Source of the DNA: Hydrolagus colliei
Lineage: Eukaryota
Reading direction: 5' to 3'
Assembly (NCBI GenBank): GCA_035084275.1
Contig: CM068755.1
Span: 12,710,001 to 12,774,000 of the forward strand
DNA length: 64,000 nucleotides
Shown one piece after another: positions 12,650 to 26,470 of this stretch (its first letter is position 1; every line of letters begins with the position of its first letter). The translations under genes and the position numbers were made by a program. A model generated the notes under the pieces. It was not told the DNA's origin. It searched no databases and saw only the letters and a program-made list of their open reading frames with translations.

Positions 12650-12830
12650 GTAGTAATAATAATAACAACAACAATAATAAATAATTCTTACTTTGATACA
12701 AAATTTTATCATATTGTTGAAATGTCTTAAGTCGCTTTACAGGATTTACTGTAACATGCAGTCACCTTGTATTTTTTGGCAAAGGCGTTAGACAAGTTAC
12801 ACACTGCAATGTATGACCGTGTACTATCAT
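12650..12830 (-). mobile_element. degraded DeuSINE 3' part
   Basis: (AAT)n, then AAATGTCTTAAGTCGCTTTACAGGATTTACTGTAA. Confidence 0.6.
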
Positions 12831-12849
12831 AAATATGCCTAACACCAAC

Positions 12850-13095
12850 ATACATCTCATCCCAGTTTTGTTCGAAATCCATAACCAGCATTCTCAAACA
12901 CTCTGGAAAAAACAACATTACTTTCAGCCTCCGAAGAATAGAAACAGACAATTGCAGAATACAGAGAGCACCACAACAATTAGGAGAAATTCTAGGCTTG
13001 TTCACATCTGCTAGCTCCAGCTTCCACAGGCTGCTGATGGTGTAACAACTCACTGAAACGTCTCAGTCTGTGACAAAACTGTGGCTGATAATAGA
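12850..13095 (+). mobile_element. possible Penelope-like retroelement 3' fragment
   Basis: CTGATGGTGTAACAACTCACTGAAACGTCT (13034-13063) resembles the Penelope terminal hammerhead motif CTGANGA...GAAACGTC. Confidence 0.3.
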
Positions 13096-14094
13096 CATTT
13101 TAAAATAAAGTACCAGTGCGAGCAAAATGACAAATGAAAGGTCTAGTGTCAGTCTGTACATTTGGAAGGAGTAAAAAGAACCTCCTGAGTAGATTAGCTT
13201 AAAAAGAAACTTTTGTGAATACGATTCTATTTAGAAGATCTGCATATCGAATGCAAGGATTATTATTATTAATCTTTTCCTCGGTGCACCAGTTAAAATC
13301 ACAGTCATCATTTTAGCTTCAGTATCCAACATGCTATTTTCCCCCAAGGAATCCCAGTGAAATGATTGTTGTTGGACTTTATCCCATGTGTAAGAATGAT
13401 TATCACACAAAAGGATGAAAAACGCGATGTTTCCTAACAGATTTGATGTGCACTGAATCGCTTATGAAATATTTGTACTTCTATCACAATAGAATTACCA
13501 GCAACAATGCCATGGAGAGGAAAATGGAAAGCCCTTCTCATTTAAGGCATATATTTGCCTCAGTCATCCAAAATCCAGAAACCCCATTCAGACAAGGGAT
13601 TCTGAAAATATGGTGTAAATTCTAATTTTATGGCAGGTTTGCAGTGAGTTGACTAGACTACTGGGGAGAATTGGGTAGCAAACAGCGCTGGTCCCAGTTG
13701 TCCATATTCCAACTGGTGAAATCAATGGGTTACAATGTTCATTCAGGTTATGATCTTGAGGATGGTGGCAATATATTCACCTTTCAGAATCAGTTTTGAT
13801 GTTTATTATGCTGTTCATGACTGATAACGTGACTCAGCTAGGACTGTTGCAGAAATTACTCTGATTAGTTACAAAGCACCAATGTGTCAACTCATATTAG
13901 AGGGCATACAGAAGAAAGAAAATGTGTGATTAATTCATTTGTTTTCTTTCATTGCATTTTTACAGTGTGGTTTCGCCTTCAGTCGATGTATGCATTCACA
14001 GTTTGGCACGATGGCATTTCGATTGGTTTAAACTTACTGCAACAAAACTGAGTGTCCATGACATCGGCGATGTCACCTGGGATTGAGCAGATGA

Positions 14095-14270
14095 TCATAA
14101 AAACATAGAAATTTACAGCACAGGAAGAGGCCATTCGGCCATCAAGACTGCAGTGATTGTCAGTGAAAACTTTTTATTCGAATCCACTGCTATCCCAATC
14201 CCCATACCCTTGAAACCCACAATGAACTTGGAATCTAGCAAATTACTGGGAAGGGCATTCCACATTCCAG
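14095..14270 (-). mobile_element. CR1 LINE 3' end fragment
   Basis: CATAGAAATTTACAGCACAGGAAGAGGCCATTCGGCC is the reverse complement of a CR1 terminus; GGGAAGGGCATTCCACA corresponds to the WNALP motif. Confidence 0.75.
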
Positions 14271-14367
14271 CAATTATGATTTGGATTTTTCATGAAGCAA
14301 TTTCTCTATGTATTACATGTGACTGATTTTCTGTTTTCATGACTGCCTAGTTTTGATCTGTGCCTGT

Positions 14368-14695
14368 AACAACAACAACAACAATTTACATTTATATAGC
14401 GCCTTTCACGTCGGGAGGACGTCCCAAGGCGCTAAACAAGAGGCGTGTGACCTGAGCTGGGAGGGGAGTGTTTGGGAAGGGGTGAAACACGAAGGGGAGG
14501 TAAAAGAGTTCGGGGTGGAACAAAAGGCACGATCGAAGAGGAAAGTCTTCAAATCGGCCTTGAAAGAGGAAAGGGAAGAGGTGAAACGGAGGGATTGAGG
14601 GATGGCATTCCATAGGGTGGGAGCGGAGAAACTGAAGGCCCGTCCTCCGATGGTGGGGCGTTTCGGGCGGGGGGCTTGGAGCAGGCCAAGTCCTG
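14368..14695 (-). mobile_element. L2 LINE 3' end (5'-truncated, young)
   Basis: Reverse-complement homolog of 2286-2562 with an (AAC)n tail; explains the ORF pairs 2315..2536 / 14392..14706 and 2261..2446 / 14353..14598. Confidence 0.92.
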
Positions 14696-15704
14696 TAGAA
14701 GTGCATCTTATGGAAATTTGCTCTGCTGGGTAGTCATATATTTTCTTCTTCTTGCTTCTAAACTAATGGCTGTTAGGGTGGATCTTTCAGCTTTGTTTTC
14801 TCCTACTCTCTTTAACTCAAAACATTCCCCTAAAGGATGCTGCAGAAGTTATTGCAGATCACAGCGGGTACTTGAGCAAAAACAAGATTGCTCGAGCAAA
14901 TGGGCAGACTAATGAAATAAAGTCTAATTTATGTATGTAATATTGATTCTGTACCAAACTGGCTATAGAGCTCTGGAAACCTAGTCTAAGGCAGAGCAAA
15001 GTTTATAATTTAACAGTCAGTGCTATGACTATTGGGCTTTTAATCCATTAAGAATCTTTCTAAATTATTCACAATACAGTATTATTCTTTTGAATTGGTC
15101 ATTGCAATCTTACTGAAAGACATAGAGGTTAACCCTAGTTACATTTGCACAAGCAGCTTTATTTAATCAGATTTTGGTATTCATTTTTAAAAATATATAT
15201 ATATACCCAAAGCATGTTTCTATTAGCAAATACATTTCAGTCCGAATGTGATCTGAAGAATATATTGCAAAAAGGAAACAAATGAACAAAGTTCCCTCAT
15301 AATGAATTTATTTTGAACAATACAGCAAAGCAATTACACTGTTGAAATCTTACCTTGAGTTGCTAATTGCACATTTGCTTTAAATCATGCCATTACAAAG
15401 AGTTATGCTAAGGTATAACCATTACTCTTCTATTGATCCTGTTGGGAATATCTTGCTTCCATCAAAAGTGCGGATGACAACATCACTCGGAATCGGTTTC
15501 AAATCAAATGATGCAAAGAAACCGAATCAATTTCAATGAGGTTTCATCCATTAGCTTGGGGTGCAACAAGACCCATTGGATGCGTACATTTCAATTAACT
15601 TCCTTCTCTGTTCAAAGCTGGTAACTGCAACAATGCTACTATTATTGATCAAACGTAATCCCAAATCAAGGGAAATAGAAATACAAAAGCAAAGTTAAAA
15701 CTAC

Positions 15705-15825
15705 TTTTCAACCTTTTGGAATAACTTTGAGCTTTATTGAATCGACTTCCACCACTCTTTCAGACAATGCATTCCAGATTCAAACAATTCATTGCGTGAA
15801 AAAAAAATTCTCCTCACCTCCCTTC
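15705..15825 (-). mobile_element. CR1 LINE fragment
   Basis: ATTGAATCGACTTCCACCACTCTTTCAGACAATGCATTCCAGATT...GCGTGAAAAAAAAATTCTCC; the minus strand reads as the CR1 FFTQ..WNAL.ERVVE motif. Confidence 0.75.
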
Positions 15826-17989
15826 TGGACTATTGGACTGCTCAGTACTTATCAAATGGGATGTTGTTATAAAACAACACAAATGATCCCAGTAATTATA
15901 CTAAAAGGTAAGTTAGAAATTTATCAAGTACATCAACTGAGGTCTAAGTTTGGAAGAATAAATGTATATGAAGTCTTTTTGTTTGCTTCTGAGAAGAGTT
16001 GGATTTCAGCCTTTGTAACACTCAGAGATGACCTGATAAACTACCCAGCCAGCAGCCATGAGCCCTGAGAGAATGGTCTTCTGTTAATGGCATGTTGCAC
16101 AAGAGACATGGACATAAGGCACATAAAGAGACCAAAAGCGACATCATATTGGACTTCTGTGCTGAGAAAGTAAGACACTGAAGACAAACAGTGGCACTGC
16201 CACAGCCAAGCTGGCATCTTTATTACTCAGAAGCAAGCTGTGGACTTCAAAAGGTGAACTCTGAAGCACTGTCTTTGGATTGGTTCCAAAGTGAAACAGC
16301 TGGAGTTGAGTTTCTACTGAAGGAGGCTTTATATTCGACTACGAGTTCAATCAAAAGTTAGTGTAAATGCAGCTTCTGTACAGTAGGTTGCATGTGCATA
16401 ACAGCAATGCAGTGCTTAGAAATCCCAACTGGTAGGTAAAAATTCCCAGAATTGCAACAAAAGCAATTTCTATATAGAGCTCTTTAATTTGTGTCCTGAA
16501 GGTTAACAGCTGATTGGAACAGCTGTCTTGTTTGTAACTGAGGCTGTTCAATTTGTACATAGAATTCCAGAGTGAGGATAAACTGCCAGCCGCCCTAAGC
16601 CCCATAGGGAGCGGAACACATTAATGAGTCATTTGCTCTTTTTGGATTGAATTGGAAGTATTTTATCGAGTTTTTTTTTCGCAGGTAGAGTTGGGAGTGA
16701 TGAGTAGGTAAATTGCTCTGCTCTGCCAATTCATGCCTTGTTTACTTAATCCATCTAATCATTCTAAATCTGCATAGAACAGTCTCAGTACTGTACCTTT
16801 ATATTCTCCCATTTCCTCAAACTAACGTCAATTGTAACTCTGTTGCTGCTATTATGATAAACAAGATTGAAGTGGCGCCCACTTGCTTTTATTTCCTGAA
16901 AGAAATACAAATGTATCTGATACTGCTGTCTTATCTCCTGGGTAAGTTTATATAGAACAAAAGAGAACAACATTATTCTTAACAGGATATGATGTACAGG
17001 AAATATGTTTCCTTTCACCACAACACTTTAGAATCTTATTTTAAAACATACGCCTGAATAATAATCGACTCTCAAGTCTTCACAAGAGAGGGAAAATAGC
17101 TTTATTCTGTAACATTTTGTATTGCTGTTAAACCTGTTATAAAATAACATTGAGATCTCCAAATAGAAATTAATCTCTGTGAAGGTTAAAAAATGTGCTT
17201 TTTTGCATTCCCCCACCTAAATATAATAGCAACAACAAAATTACACTTGTATAGTGTATCACATCAGGAGGATATCCAAAAGTTACAGGTATAAAAAAAG
17301 CAGCATATACAATATATGCATTTTAATGACAGTTATAGTGAGTAGATCGAGTGTTTAGTAACTGCCAAGTGTCTTTACATCTATCGAGTATATGTTTTTT
17401 CTAGTTATGAATTAAATGAAAAAATGGTAGAAAGAGACTACTGCACATAATTCATGAGAGACCAAAACATGCACAATTGATCTTGACTGGTGCTAGTTCA
17501 GACGGGAGGATTTAAACAAAAAAAATGTCACCTGTTGTTCATACAAAATTGTAATCAGACACACAGAAGATTCAAGGACAATTTAAGGACATAAGTCTGA
17601 CCTGTTATAGGTCTGTGACTTCCGGGGCAATGGGGAAAGTGCTGAGACACAGGAAGTGAAGGTCATACTTTTTACCAACTGGAATTTCAGTGTTGTAGGG
17701 GCGCAGAGCCAATGTTTATCAGAGCCAAAAGCCTGAACAAGGCCATAATATAATATAATGCTGAACTTACAAAAAGGCCTAATGCTATTTGGAGATCTTC
17801 CAGCACAATTTTACTGCAAATGAAAGCAGTTTGTTTTAAATAAAAGCAAAGCTGGTTAACTGTACACTGCCTTAAGAATTGCACAATCTCACGCTTCTCC
17901 TACCATATTTTGACGAATGTTGACATTTTTGGCAGACAAATGCTCTTTTATCTGTACACAGAATTTTAATGTTGCCCAATACTAGCCTG

Positions 17990-18160
17990 CAAACTTCCAA
18001 CGGGGTTTCTAGTTAGTGGAGAGGGGCTGATTTCTCTATTTCTACCATATGGCTTTAAGGGCCAATTGCGTGATGTTAGAGAGATCAGCGAACTGCACAG
18101 ACGAGGGATTGAACTTGAATTATTGTCTACGATTGGACCTGCTTGGTGGATTACTTAGTA
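17990..18160 (-). mobile_element. SINE-like family C 5' part
   Basis: GGCTGATTTCTC...GGCCAATTG...GAGATCAGC...GGGATTGAAC (B box on the minus strand); matches 61900-62000. Confidence 0.5.
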
Positions 18161-20115
18161 ACAAAAGGAAATTATGGGTAATCTTTGACAAGTGGCCCTT
18201 TTAATCATTCATACAAAACATCACCAGTTCAAACAAGTGTCTCCAAGAAGCATAAATGCCATGTGATGTGACAAACATGTGCCAGTATTTATACTGACAT
18301 TTTCTTTTTTCAAAATGTGTACACTTTCTCCCCAGAGGGATGCACCTTACTCACATACTAAAAGAGTATTAGGCACAGAGGGGGAACACAGATTGCTTGT
18401 TGGGGGTAACTACTGGAGTTTAACCAGCTATAAATGCACAGCTTGCCATTGAGAGTATTGTCTGGCATGTCTCCCGCCTGCTTGTCCAGCAAAGACCACT
18501 CTAATCTTGCTGCTTTGGCTTGCAGAAAGAATCACTGCCCCCCAGTGAAGCATGTTTAATCATAGTGCATGTCTTCGTACGATTACCTTTTAGAACTACA
18601 AGTTCAGGTCACTTCCATTTTTTTGGAATAAACATTCTAAGCCCTCATTAGGTCACCGCTTCACTGCTATGCAAACCAACATGCTAATCCTGAATATCTC
18701 CACTGCTTGCAACTTGAGCATTTTTTTAATTTTTGATGATTGAGTCAATCTTTGTGGAGATAAATTATTTACAGCTTTTTTTTTCTTCCAAAGCAATTCC
18801 ATGTGATTCCTTGAGGGACCACGTGTACAAATAACCTATTCTGGTACTTTGCAGCTCTGGAGACGGAAACAATGCCACTTTCTTGATCTTTGACAACAGC
18901 TAACAACCGTGGCACTAAATATCAGGATTTGTAGTGTTGTCAATTGCCCTCAGCGACAATAATAATGTTTTGCTGTTGCTCTTTCCTTGCTTTTCTACCC
19001 CTTTGTGGATTTGAGTTGTCTTTTGTTTTGCACAATAATCCAAAAGAATAAAACTCCAGCTTTTTCGATTTTCTGATGAGAACTCTTGTCAGAAGAACAC
19101 TGTGTCCTGCACTTTAGATTCTAAGAACAATCATAGAAAAATTATTTGCCTGCAAAATACATCCACAGTCACTTTGTGAAGCGCTTGGAGACATTCTTCT
19201 ACCGCAAAAGACTATATTAATATAAGGATTATTCATTACTATCAATAATAATATAAAAGAGTTTTTAAGAAACCTGAAACTGTCCAGCAGCCCATGAAAG
19301 GTAACTTCATGAATAGATTTTCTGAACAGAATCCACTTTTCCAACAAAAAAGATTCTTTATATGTTTAAACCATTAAACCATTTCCTCCCTTTGATTCGC
19401 TAAAATGCAAAAGCCACTTCACACTGCAAAGGATAAAATACTACATATATGTAAGATATCCCCTGCAGAATTGCTGCAGCACCAATTTGGGAGCTATAAG
19501 ATATCATGCAAACAGATAAAACATTCCAACTTTACACAGTTGCCAGAACTTTGAGGGACTCCAGTTCCCTTGGTGTGCAGAGAAGTGTCAGTTATCTGTA
19601 TGTCATTAGCAGAGACAGCTGCTTATAAACATCACAGATGTCAGGAAAACTGCTGTAGTAAACAGGGATTCCCCAGTCTTCTCTGTCGCTCCTGAGAAAT
19701 CCATGTTGCTTCTTTTTGTAGATCTCAGAATTCATTGATATGCACTAAAATTGGAAAATTCTCAAGGTTTAAAAGAAAGAGTTCGATCTGGCCATCCATG
19801 GTTGTACGGCCTATGTCCTAACACAGAACATATTATTGATTTCAATTTTCTAATCATTCTATTCTATTAAAGGGGGTTGATACAGTGACCCACCACAGAC
19901 ATAGACAATATCTTTTAGATACCAGTAATACTCTTGCTTATGCTGCAAATTCTTTGTTCAAAGCTGTTTATTAGAGAAACATAATTACAGTATCTACAAA
20001 AGTAAATTACCATTAATAAGATCCACTGTGAAGGGTACATTTTTATATAAAGAGGCCAGAATTATTGCCCTATTTGGGTTTTGAACGATTACAGGCTAAT
20101 TATAATCCTGACAAA

Positions 20116-20345
20116 AACAACAACAAAATTACATTTGTACAGCACCTTTCACAGTGGGAGGAGGTCCCAAGGCACTGGCCAAATAAAATTGCTCACTCAC
20201 TCCATGGTGTTTGTGGGACATTGCTGTGTGCAGATGGGCTGTTGCATTTACCTACAATACTACTGTTATACATTACAGTAAATCCTGTTAAGTACTTTGA
20301 AACATCTTACTAATGTGATAGGTTCTATATAAACTACAAGGATTT
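20116..20345. mobile_element. L2-type tail (minus, 20116-20178) joined to a DeuSINE 3' half (plus, about 20185-20345)
   Basis: AACAACAAC..CAGCACCTTTCAC..GTCCCAAGGCACT, then GTGTTTGTGGGACATTGCTGTGTGCA..ACAGTAAATCCTGT. Confidence 0.7.
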
Positions 20346-23300
20346 TTATAAAGATTTTTCTTATTGTTTATATTTTCAAACCTCGGAACATACAGTATCT
20401 CAAAATAGTTGCAGATGCCTATAACTACTATACATGGAGTCTAATAAAGGAGTTTTACCAATACAATACTTCCATTCTGAACAAAAATTTGCTGTCTCCA
20501 CTTTACCAAATATCCTTAGCTGATGCATTTGAGCAGAATTCTGCATACAAAGATTTCATTTCCATTGCTGCACCTCAGTCGGAAATCTGTTATTTATTTT
20601 CTATGTGTCCAGCAGGCAAAGACTGTTGGTCCTTAACTGTATATTTGAAGATTTGAGAATATTCCAGGTAATTAAATAAGAAGATGAATGAGCATCTTAC
20701 CATTCAGCACCTATGCAAAATGTATTCAAAGCATATCCAGATAGGGATATCTAGACATTGAGGAAAAAATGCATCAGAAATGATTTGTTTTCTTATGTCC
20801 TGCAGACACCAGCACCACACATTTGTTTTTCAAACATTAATTCCCATTAGAAATATATTGAAAAAGGATTTATTTTCATTTTTTCTGTTGAACTTGTATA
20901 ATTTGCAGTCTCTACCATCCAGGGAAATGTGCCATAGGAAAAGACAGTGGGGGAGAGAATCGAGGGAAAAAAGGCAGCAGAACTGAGCATGAAATATTAT
21001 CAAATGAGCAAACGTTGCAGTGTCTGAAATTTTATGAGGCAAAAAAAAAGCTCACATTTTCTTTGCCAGTCACCAAGAAAGGTGTTATGTTAACTCAGAA
21101 AGATGCCAACATTGCAACTTTTTGAATACCTCAGAACAATCCTTTTAAAATGGATACACCTTCCTACCTAAATTGGACTGAACTTTAGATAGTTAACTGG
21201 AGAGTCCATCTAAAAACATCCTTCCAGGACAATCCTACGAAAATGGTTGTGACTATTTGTAGGTTTTGTCTCTTTCTGGACAAGTGGGGATGGGACGGGA
21301 TGGGGGGTGGGTGTGCAGAGATGACAGTTTAAAAGTTACAGAATTTACACTGCCAATGTACCTTTGAGTAGAATGGGAAGGATAAACAAAATTCCAACTT
21401 ACCCTGACAACCACAACAACAACAACAAACTGCACTTGTTCCGTGCCCTTCACATCGTAAAGACACTGGCACTCGTCAGTGAGGGTGTTTTGCACATGAG
21501 TTAACAGGGTGCAAATATGTTGAAACGCTTTTCCTGAATTACAATGCTTTTACCAAATCACAATAATAATCCTTGAATATTTTACCTAAGGTAGTTTAAT
21601 AAAGTACAGTTAATTCACCTGTTCATCAAGTAATATTAAGTGTTGTGAAACACTTGGGTTATCTTCATGATGTGAAAGGTGCTTTAACAAATGCAAAGAT
21701 TATTTACGATTATTATGATGCTTCCAACTCTATTTATTTTTACTCTACTACCATCCACTCAGTCAGAACAGATACAATACAACAACATGTAGAAATTGGA
21801 GCAAAAACATCACACAAAATGGCATTCAGGGAATTCAAATTCAAACTAAGATTAGTCAGTGCCCAATTTTGTATCATTTTGACTCTGGATGGGTGACATC
21901 TCTTTGCAATATTTCCTTCATTCAATCTTCAACCGACTAATCTCCCTCACCCCCCAAAAAAATTGTTTTTAACCTTAGCCAAGAGTGGTTAAAGTTTTAC
22001 CTTTTGGGAGAGTTGACCATCAATGCCAGATGAGACTTGGATTGTAATTGGAATACCCAAATCTATAGTTTTTACATCATTTCCAGTACCTCATTAATTT
22101 GACAGGAAATAATGGGGGAGGGAATTGAAGAAACATTATTTGGTGGAATTGAGCTAGCAAGCAAATAGTTCCATTGGTCTAACCTTGGAGCCAGATGGGG
22201 ATGTATTCAGTGCAATATCAATAATTTCAAAATATTGAGTCTACATTTAACTCAACATTCAATAAGTCCTCTCATGGAGTCTTCCTCTTGGTTTATTCTC
22301 CAGTGCTATGATCTTGTCTTCATTGCATGTTAATCCTTGTTCCACCAGTAGGAGGAGTGATATTATGGAACTAAATGTTCTATTTCTTTCTCCCCCGCCC
22401 AAGAAAATAAAGACAATTGAATTACTACTTGATTCTGCATCTCAAGCTGCAACTGATGGAAATCTCTCAGAGTCAATGAGATAGAGAGTTGGTCAGGTCT
22501 GGTATTCATTCACAATCCTATAGATGGCTGGCAACAACAACTACTGGCATTTATACAATGCCCGTCAAGCGGGATAGTGTCTCGGAGAGCTGAAGGTTAG
22601 ACTTGCACTTCTAGAGGTGACGTGCCGCTACACTACTTTGCCTGTATTTTCATGTGACAAATCGCATTCCAAAATGAACCAACCCTGGGTAAAGCAGGTG
22701 CAATTCATGAACAAAAGCACTAACAAAGCAGAGTAAAACATTTACAGGATTAAAAGTTAAAACATTAACAATATGCAGCTTGCACGACAGCTCCAGAAGC
22801 ATTGACTACACCAAAATGATACCGTGATGTTATCAAGCGTTTGTCTCCACATCCCTGAATGTGGCAATAGTTCTGTCCTTTTATTGAGAAAACCTGACTG
22901 GAATGGGTCAACCTAGTACACCATAATTACTTCAATATTTAAATAATAATAGCGTATGTAGAACGAGGAGTCATGGTAATACTGTAACACCAATTTGACA
23001 TGACCTGTACCTTACTATGCAAAAAGTAGCATTATATTAACAAGGTTAAAACAAAACTGTAATTAGTCATCAGGAGTTTGCTGGGTCTATTGGCCGAAGA
23101 ACTGCCTAGCTCTCTGCATTCTGTGCAATGCCAACCGAGTTTACAATGGGGGCACACTGCCAGCAAAAACTGGCTTCCCACTGTTTAATGACAATAGATT
23201 TACTGCGCTGTTGCTTACGGGTGGTGTTGTGGAAACAAGGGCATTGCTACTCAAATACAGCACCTGGTGACAGCCGGTGACCTTGGCTGCTCCCTTCACC

Positions 23301-23659
23301 TGCCTCGCAAGAAAAAATACATCTTTCATTTCCCTTAGCACGGGAACAGCAACATGTTTTCAGCAAAGAAATGTGAGCTCTGAAACGCTATTGGCTGAAA
23401 AAATCTCTTAAATAGCACTGGTTAATCTTCAGATAAAAATACAGGAAATCTTTCAACATAAAAGACAAGTAGAAATCATTTCAGAGGTTTCAATGTGGAG
23501 GAAGGAGGCAGACTGCACTGTTATAAATTATTGTTTTCTTTCTTTAAAAGGTACATTCAAGTGTATAGGAATCTTGCTTTGAATGTAGAATACTGTACAA
23601 GACAAAATTAGATGTATCGGTATTGATAAATCATTATAACTAATGTGTTTTAGTCAACT

Positions 23660-23808
23660 ATGTGGCTGTTTGTGGGACATTGTTGTGTTGCCTACGAAAC
23701 AAACAGTCACTACACTCAACCAAATGTTCTGTGAAGTTCTTTTAGACGTCCCCCTGACGTGAAAGGCTCCACATAAAATGCAAGGATTGTTATTATTATT
23801 ATTGTTAT
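23660..23808 (+). mobile_element. DeuSINE 3' half
   Basis: GGCTGTTTGTGGGACATTG...GACGTCCCCCTGACGTGAAAGGC...AATGCAAGGATT(ATT)n. Confidence 0.8.
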
Positions 23809-26340
23809 TCTATTGCTAGCAAGGTCAATTTCTTCATGATACAGTTTCACTTTGATGCCGATAAGCCGTCCTACTTTGTTTGTAAGCAGTTCAATAGTGG
23901 AAGCATTTGCATTCTTATCCCAATGTCAATGGCCTCAGCAACTGCTTTTAATTGTAATGCTGCCATAATTGTAAAAGGTAAACTGTTCTGTATGGTACAG
24001 AGAATTCTAACGGCGAGCCATCTGTAATCCTTTCTGTTTTCTCTCATTCTAAACATCCAGCTGTACGGAATCTTACAAACAAATCTTGGTTAAAAAAAAG
24101 CATAAACGTGTGATCACTTTTTTATATAAAAAGTTAAAAGCTAACTTTTGGTCTATTTAGTCTAACAGTGTAGTTAGTATTAACACTCTGTAGGTCACAA
24201 AGTTCCCAGCCATCAATGCTGGCTCATTAATCAGCACTCATACTGAATGCAACCATTCTTACACAAGTGCTTCGACACTTTAAAGTCACAAATCTCTTTG
24301 CACAACTGTACCTATTAATCAGCTGTTGCTTTTGAAAATATATTTGCCAATTTCCAGCAGAACCTCAATATATTTATTTTGCGATTATATTCTCAGTATT
24401 ATGCTGCTTTATTATTAATACATAAACTGTACTATTATACAATCCATTTCTTAACAAAATAAAGTATTTATCTATTTTGATGCGTAGAGCAGTGAATATT
24501 TTCATTCACGGACAAAGTTTCAGCAGGAATTTAAAGTCTTTCCACAATGGATAACACAGAACTAGTATGTTCCACTTAGCTTAACTGACGTGTAAAAAAC
24601 GATTGAGAAAGGAATGTGCTCATTTTGTGACCTAATCAAATCTACCCTTTTTTTATGCCATTTGGATTAGTTTCAGATATTACCCAAAGCCTCAGCAGTG
24701 CGTGTTATTAGGACATGCAAAACTAATGATGATAAAGTTATGATATTTATGAATATGAATAGTTATATTTTGTACAACTGGTATATCATATTTCATATTA
24801 GGAGGATGTATCAAAGAGCTTCATAGTAGATACTGCAAAATGGAATGACTGTGCACCATAAGGGTAAATGTTAGAATTAAAATGATTATTGAATTTCCAC
24901 AAAGCCTAAAATATAAAATCAAGTACCGTATCAGTATTTGTGAAAGAATAGCAATAAAACTAAAACTGAACTTCATGAGTGATAACTTCTTTAAGACAAT
25001 TTTCTCCTCAATGAACTGATGATCTGTATTCCAATATAATGAGAAATACAGGAAGTTGTTCATTCAGCAAAAAAAAATTAACAAACATTGTTAAGCTGTT
25101 GGTATTAATTTTTATGAGTATGTGGTTTTCAGTAGCTTGATTTTGGGAATTCCAAGTTGTCTAACATTTTGTATTGCACACTTGATCTGTAGCCTGCAGG
25201 TTTAATATCACTGCATTAATGTTCACACTTACTTTACATATCTTTGTTCTCTTGCTGAAAAGTTCTGTTGCCATAATTTGATCACTGTGGCACTGCAATT
25301 GTCTGAGTAGGACTATCCACTGAGTCCAGTGACCTTTAGCTCCACTAAAGGTCACTGGACTGCGAACCAAAGTACCGTAAGGACTCAAGGACGGTAAAGT
25401 AGTTTACAGGTTTCTGAGTAACACGTAGAGTGGTAGTTTCGTATAAGAGTGCATTAATGTAACATGTTAGTATATCAGCACTCATTTGAAAGTTCGCTCT
25501 TTGTCAGTTTAGGTAGCAATGTCCCCTTGGTACTTTCTGTCTCTTTTCAGGAATTCTCCCTACCCATTGAAACAGCTGTTTCTCAGAGAAGAGATTGATT
25601 CCATTGCTGGTAAAGTACTCTAGAGGGCAGGTTTCGAATTGTTGCTATTAGTATGATCAGTGTTGAATTTTTTAATATTTAAAATAAACTCTTCCTTTCT
25701 CAGACCTTGCCCCAACATCTTTGTAGAAACTGCAGCTCTTATGCAGACTGGAGACTGAAGACAAACCTCTTCTCATCTATTTCCCCCTCCAAATGAGGGC
25801 AACATTTTCCCCCTTTCAGCCATGATTATGCAGCTCCTATGTTGCACATACAAATCCCATTTAAATATAACATGGATGGGCAATAAATGAGGTACCAAAA
25901 GAACGATCATCTCCTTCCACTAATCAGCCTTTCCAGATTTAAACTCCTAATTAGTACCATATGCGCTGGCTTTTGTATTCACACCGACTGAAATACAAGC
26001 GAGCAATCTTAAACTGCTGGTTATCCCTTGTGAGTCAAGGAACAATATTTCAGAACTATTAAAGCTGTTGGAAATGCTTCTTTTCCTACAGTTGGAACGT
26101 TTGTCGGATGTTTGACTAATTGATTAAAAAGTAGTAATTTATCATTTCTTTAAATGCCTGAGCATGCAGCATTGCCACCAATTTGCCTCAGAGGTCATGG
26201 AAAGTTGAAATGTTCAATAATGTCTTCTATAAGGTTTCATGCCCAACTTAGTGAGGGAAGCCTGCTAGGATTGAAAGTATTGTGAAAGTGTCTATCACTG
26301 AATGTGGACCACTCAATCCTAAGATGTCAGGACAATGGTT

Positions 26341-26470
26341 TAATAATAATACTAATCCTTGTGTTTGATATAGTGCCTTATCAAATCTTCGAGATGCCTC
26401 TCGCGCTTCACAGAATATACTGTAAAGTGAATTGACTGTATACTTAGTGGGCGAATAGTGGGTGTGTACT
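26341..26470 (-). mobile_element. SINE family A 3' part
   Basis: AATCCTTGTGTTTGATATAGTGCC...GCGCTTCACAGAATATACTGTAAAGTGAATTGACTG. Confidence 0.85.

Noticed and set aside
15354-15600. Minus-strand coding exon ending at a good donor (CAAG|GTAAGA)
   Set aside because: All three frames hit a stop within about 35 nt of the donor
15860-16760. Possible solo LTR
   Set aside because: Composition is suggestive, but I could not define TG..CA ends, a target-site duplication or a second copy
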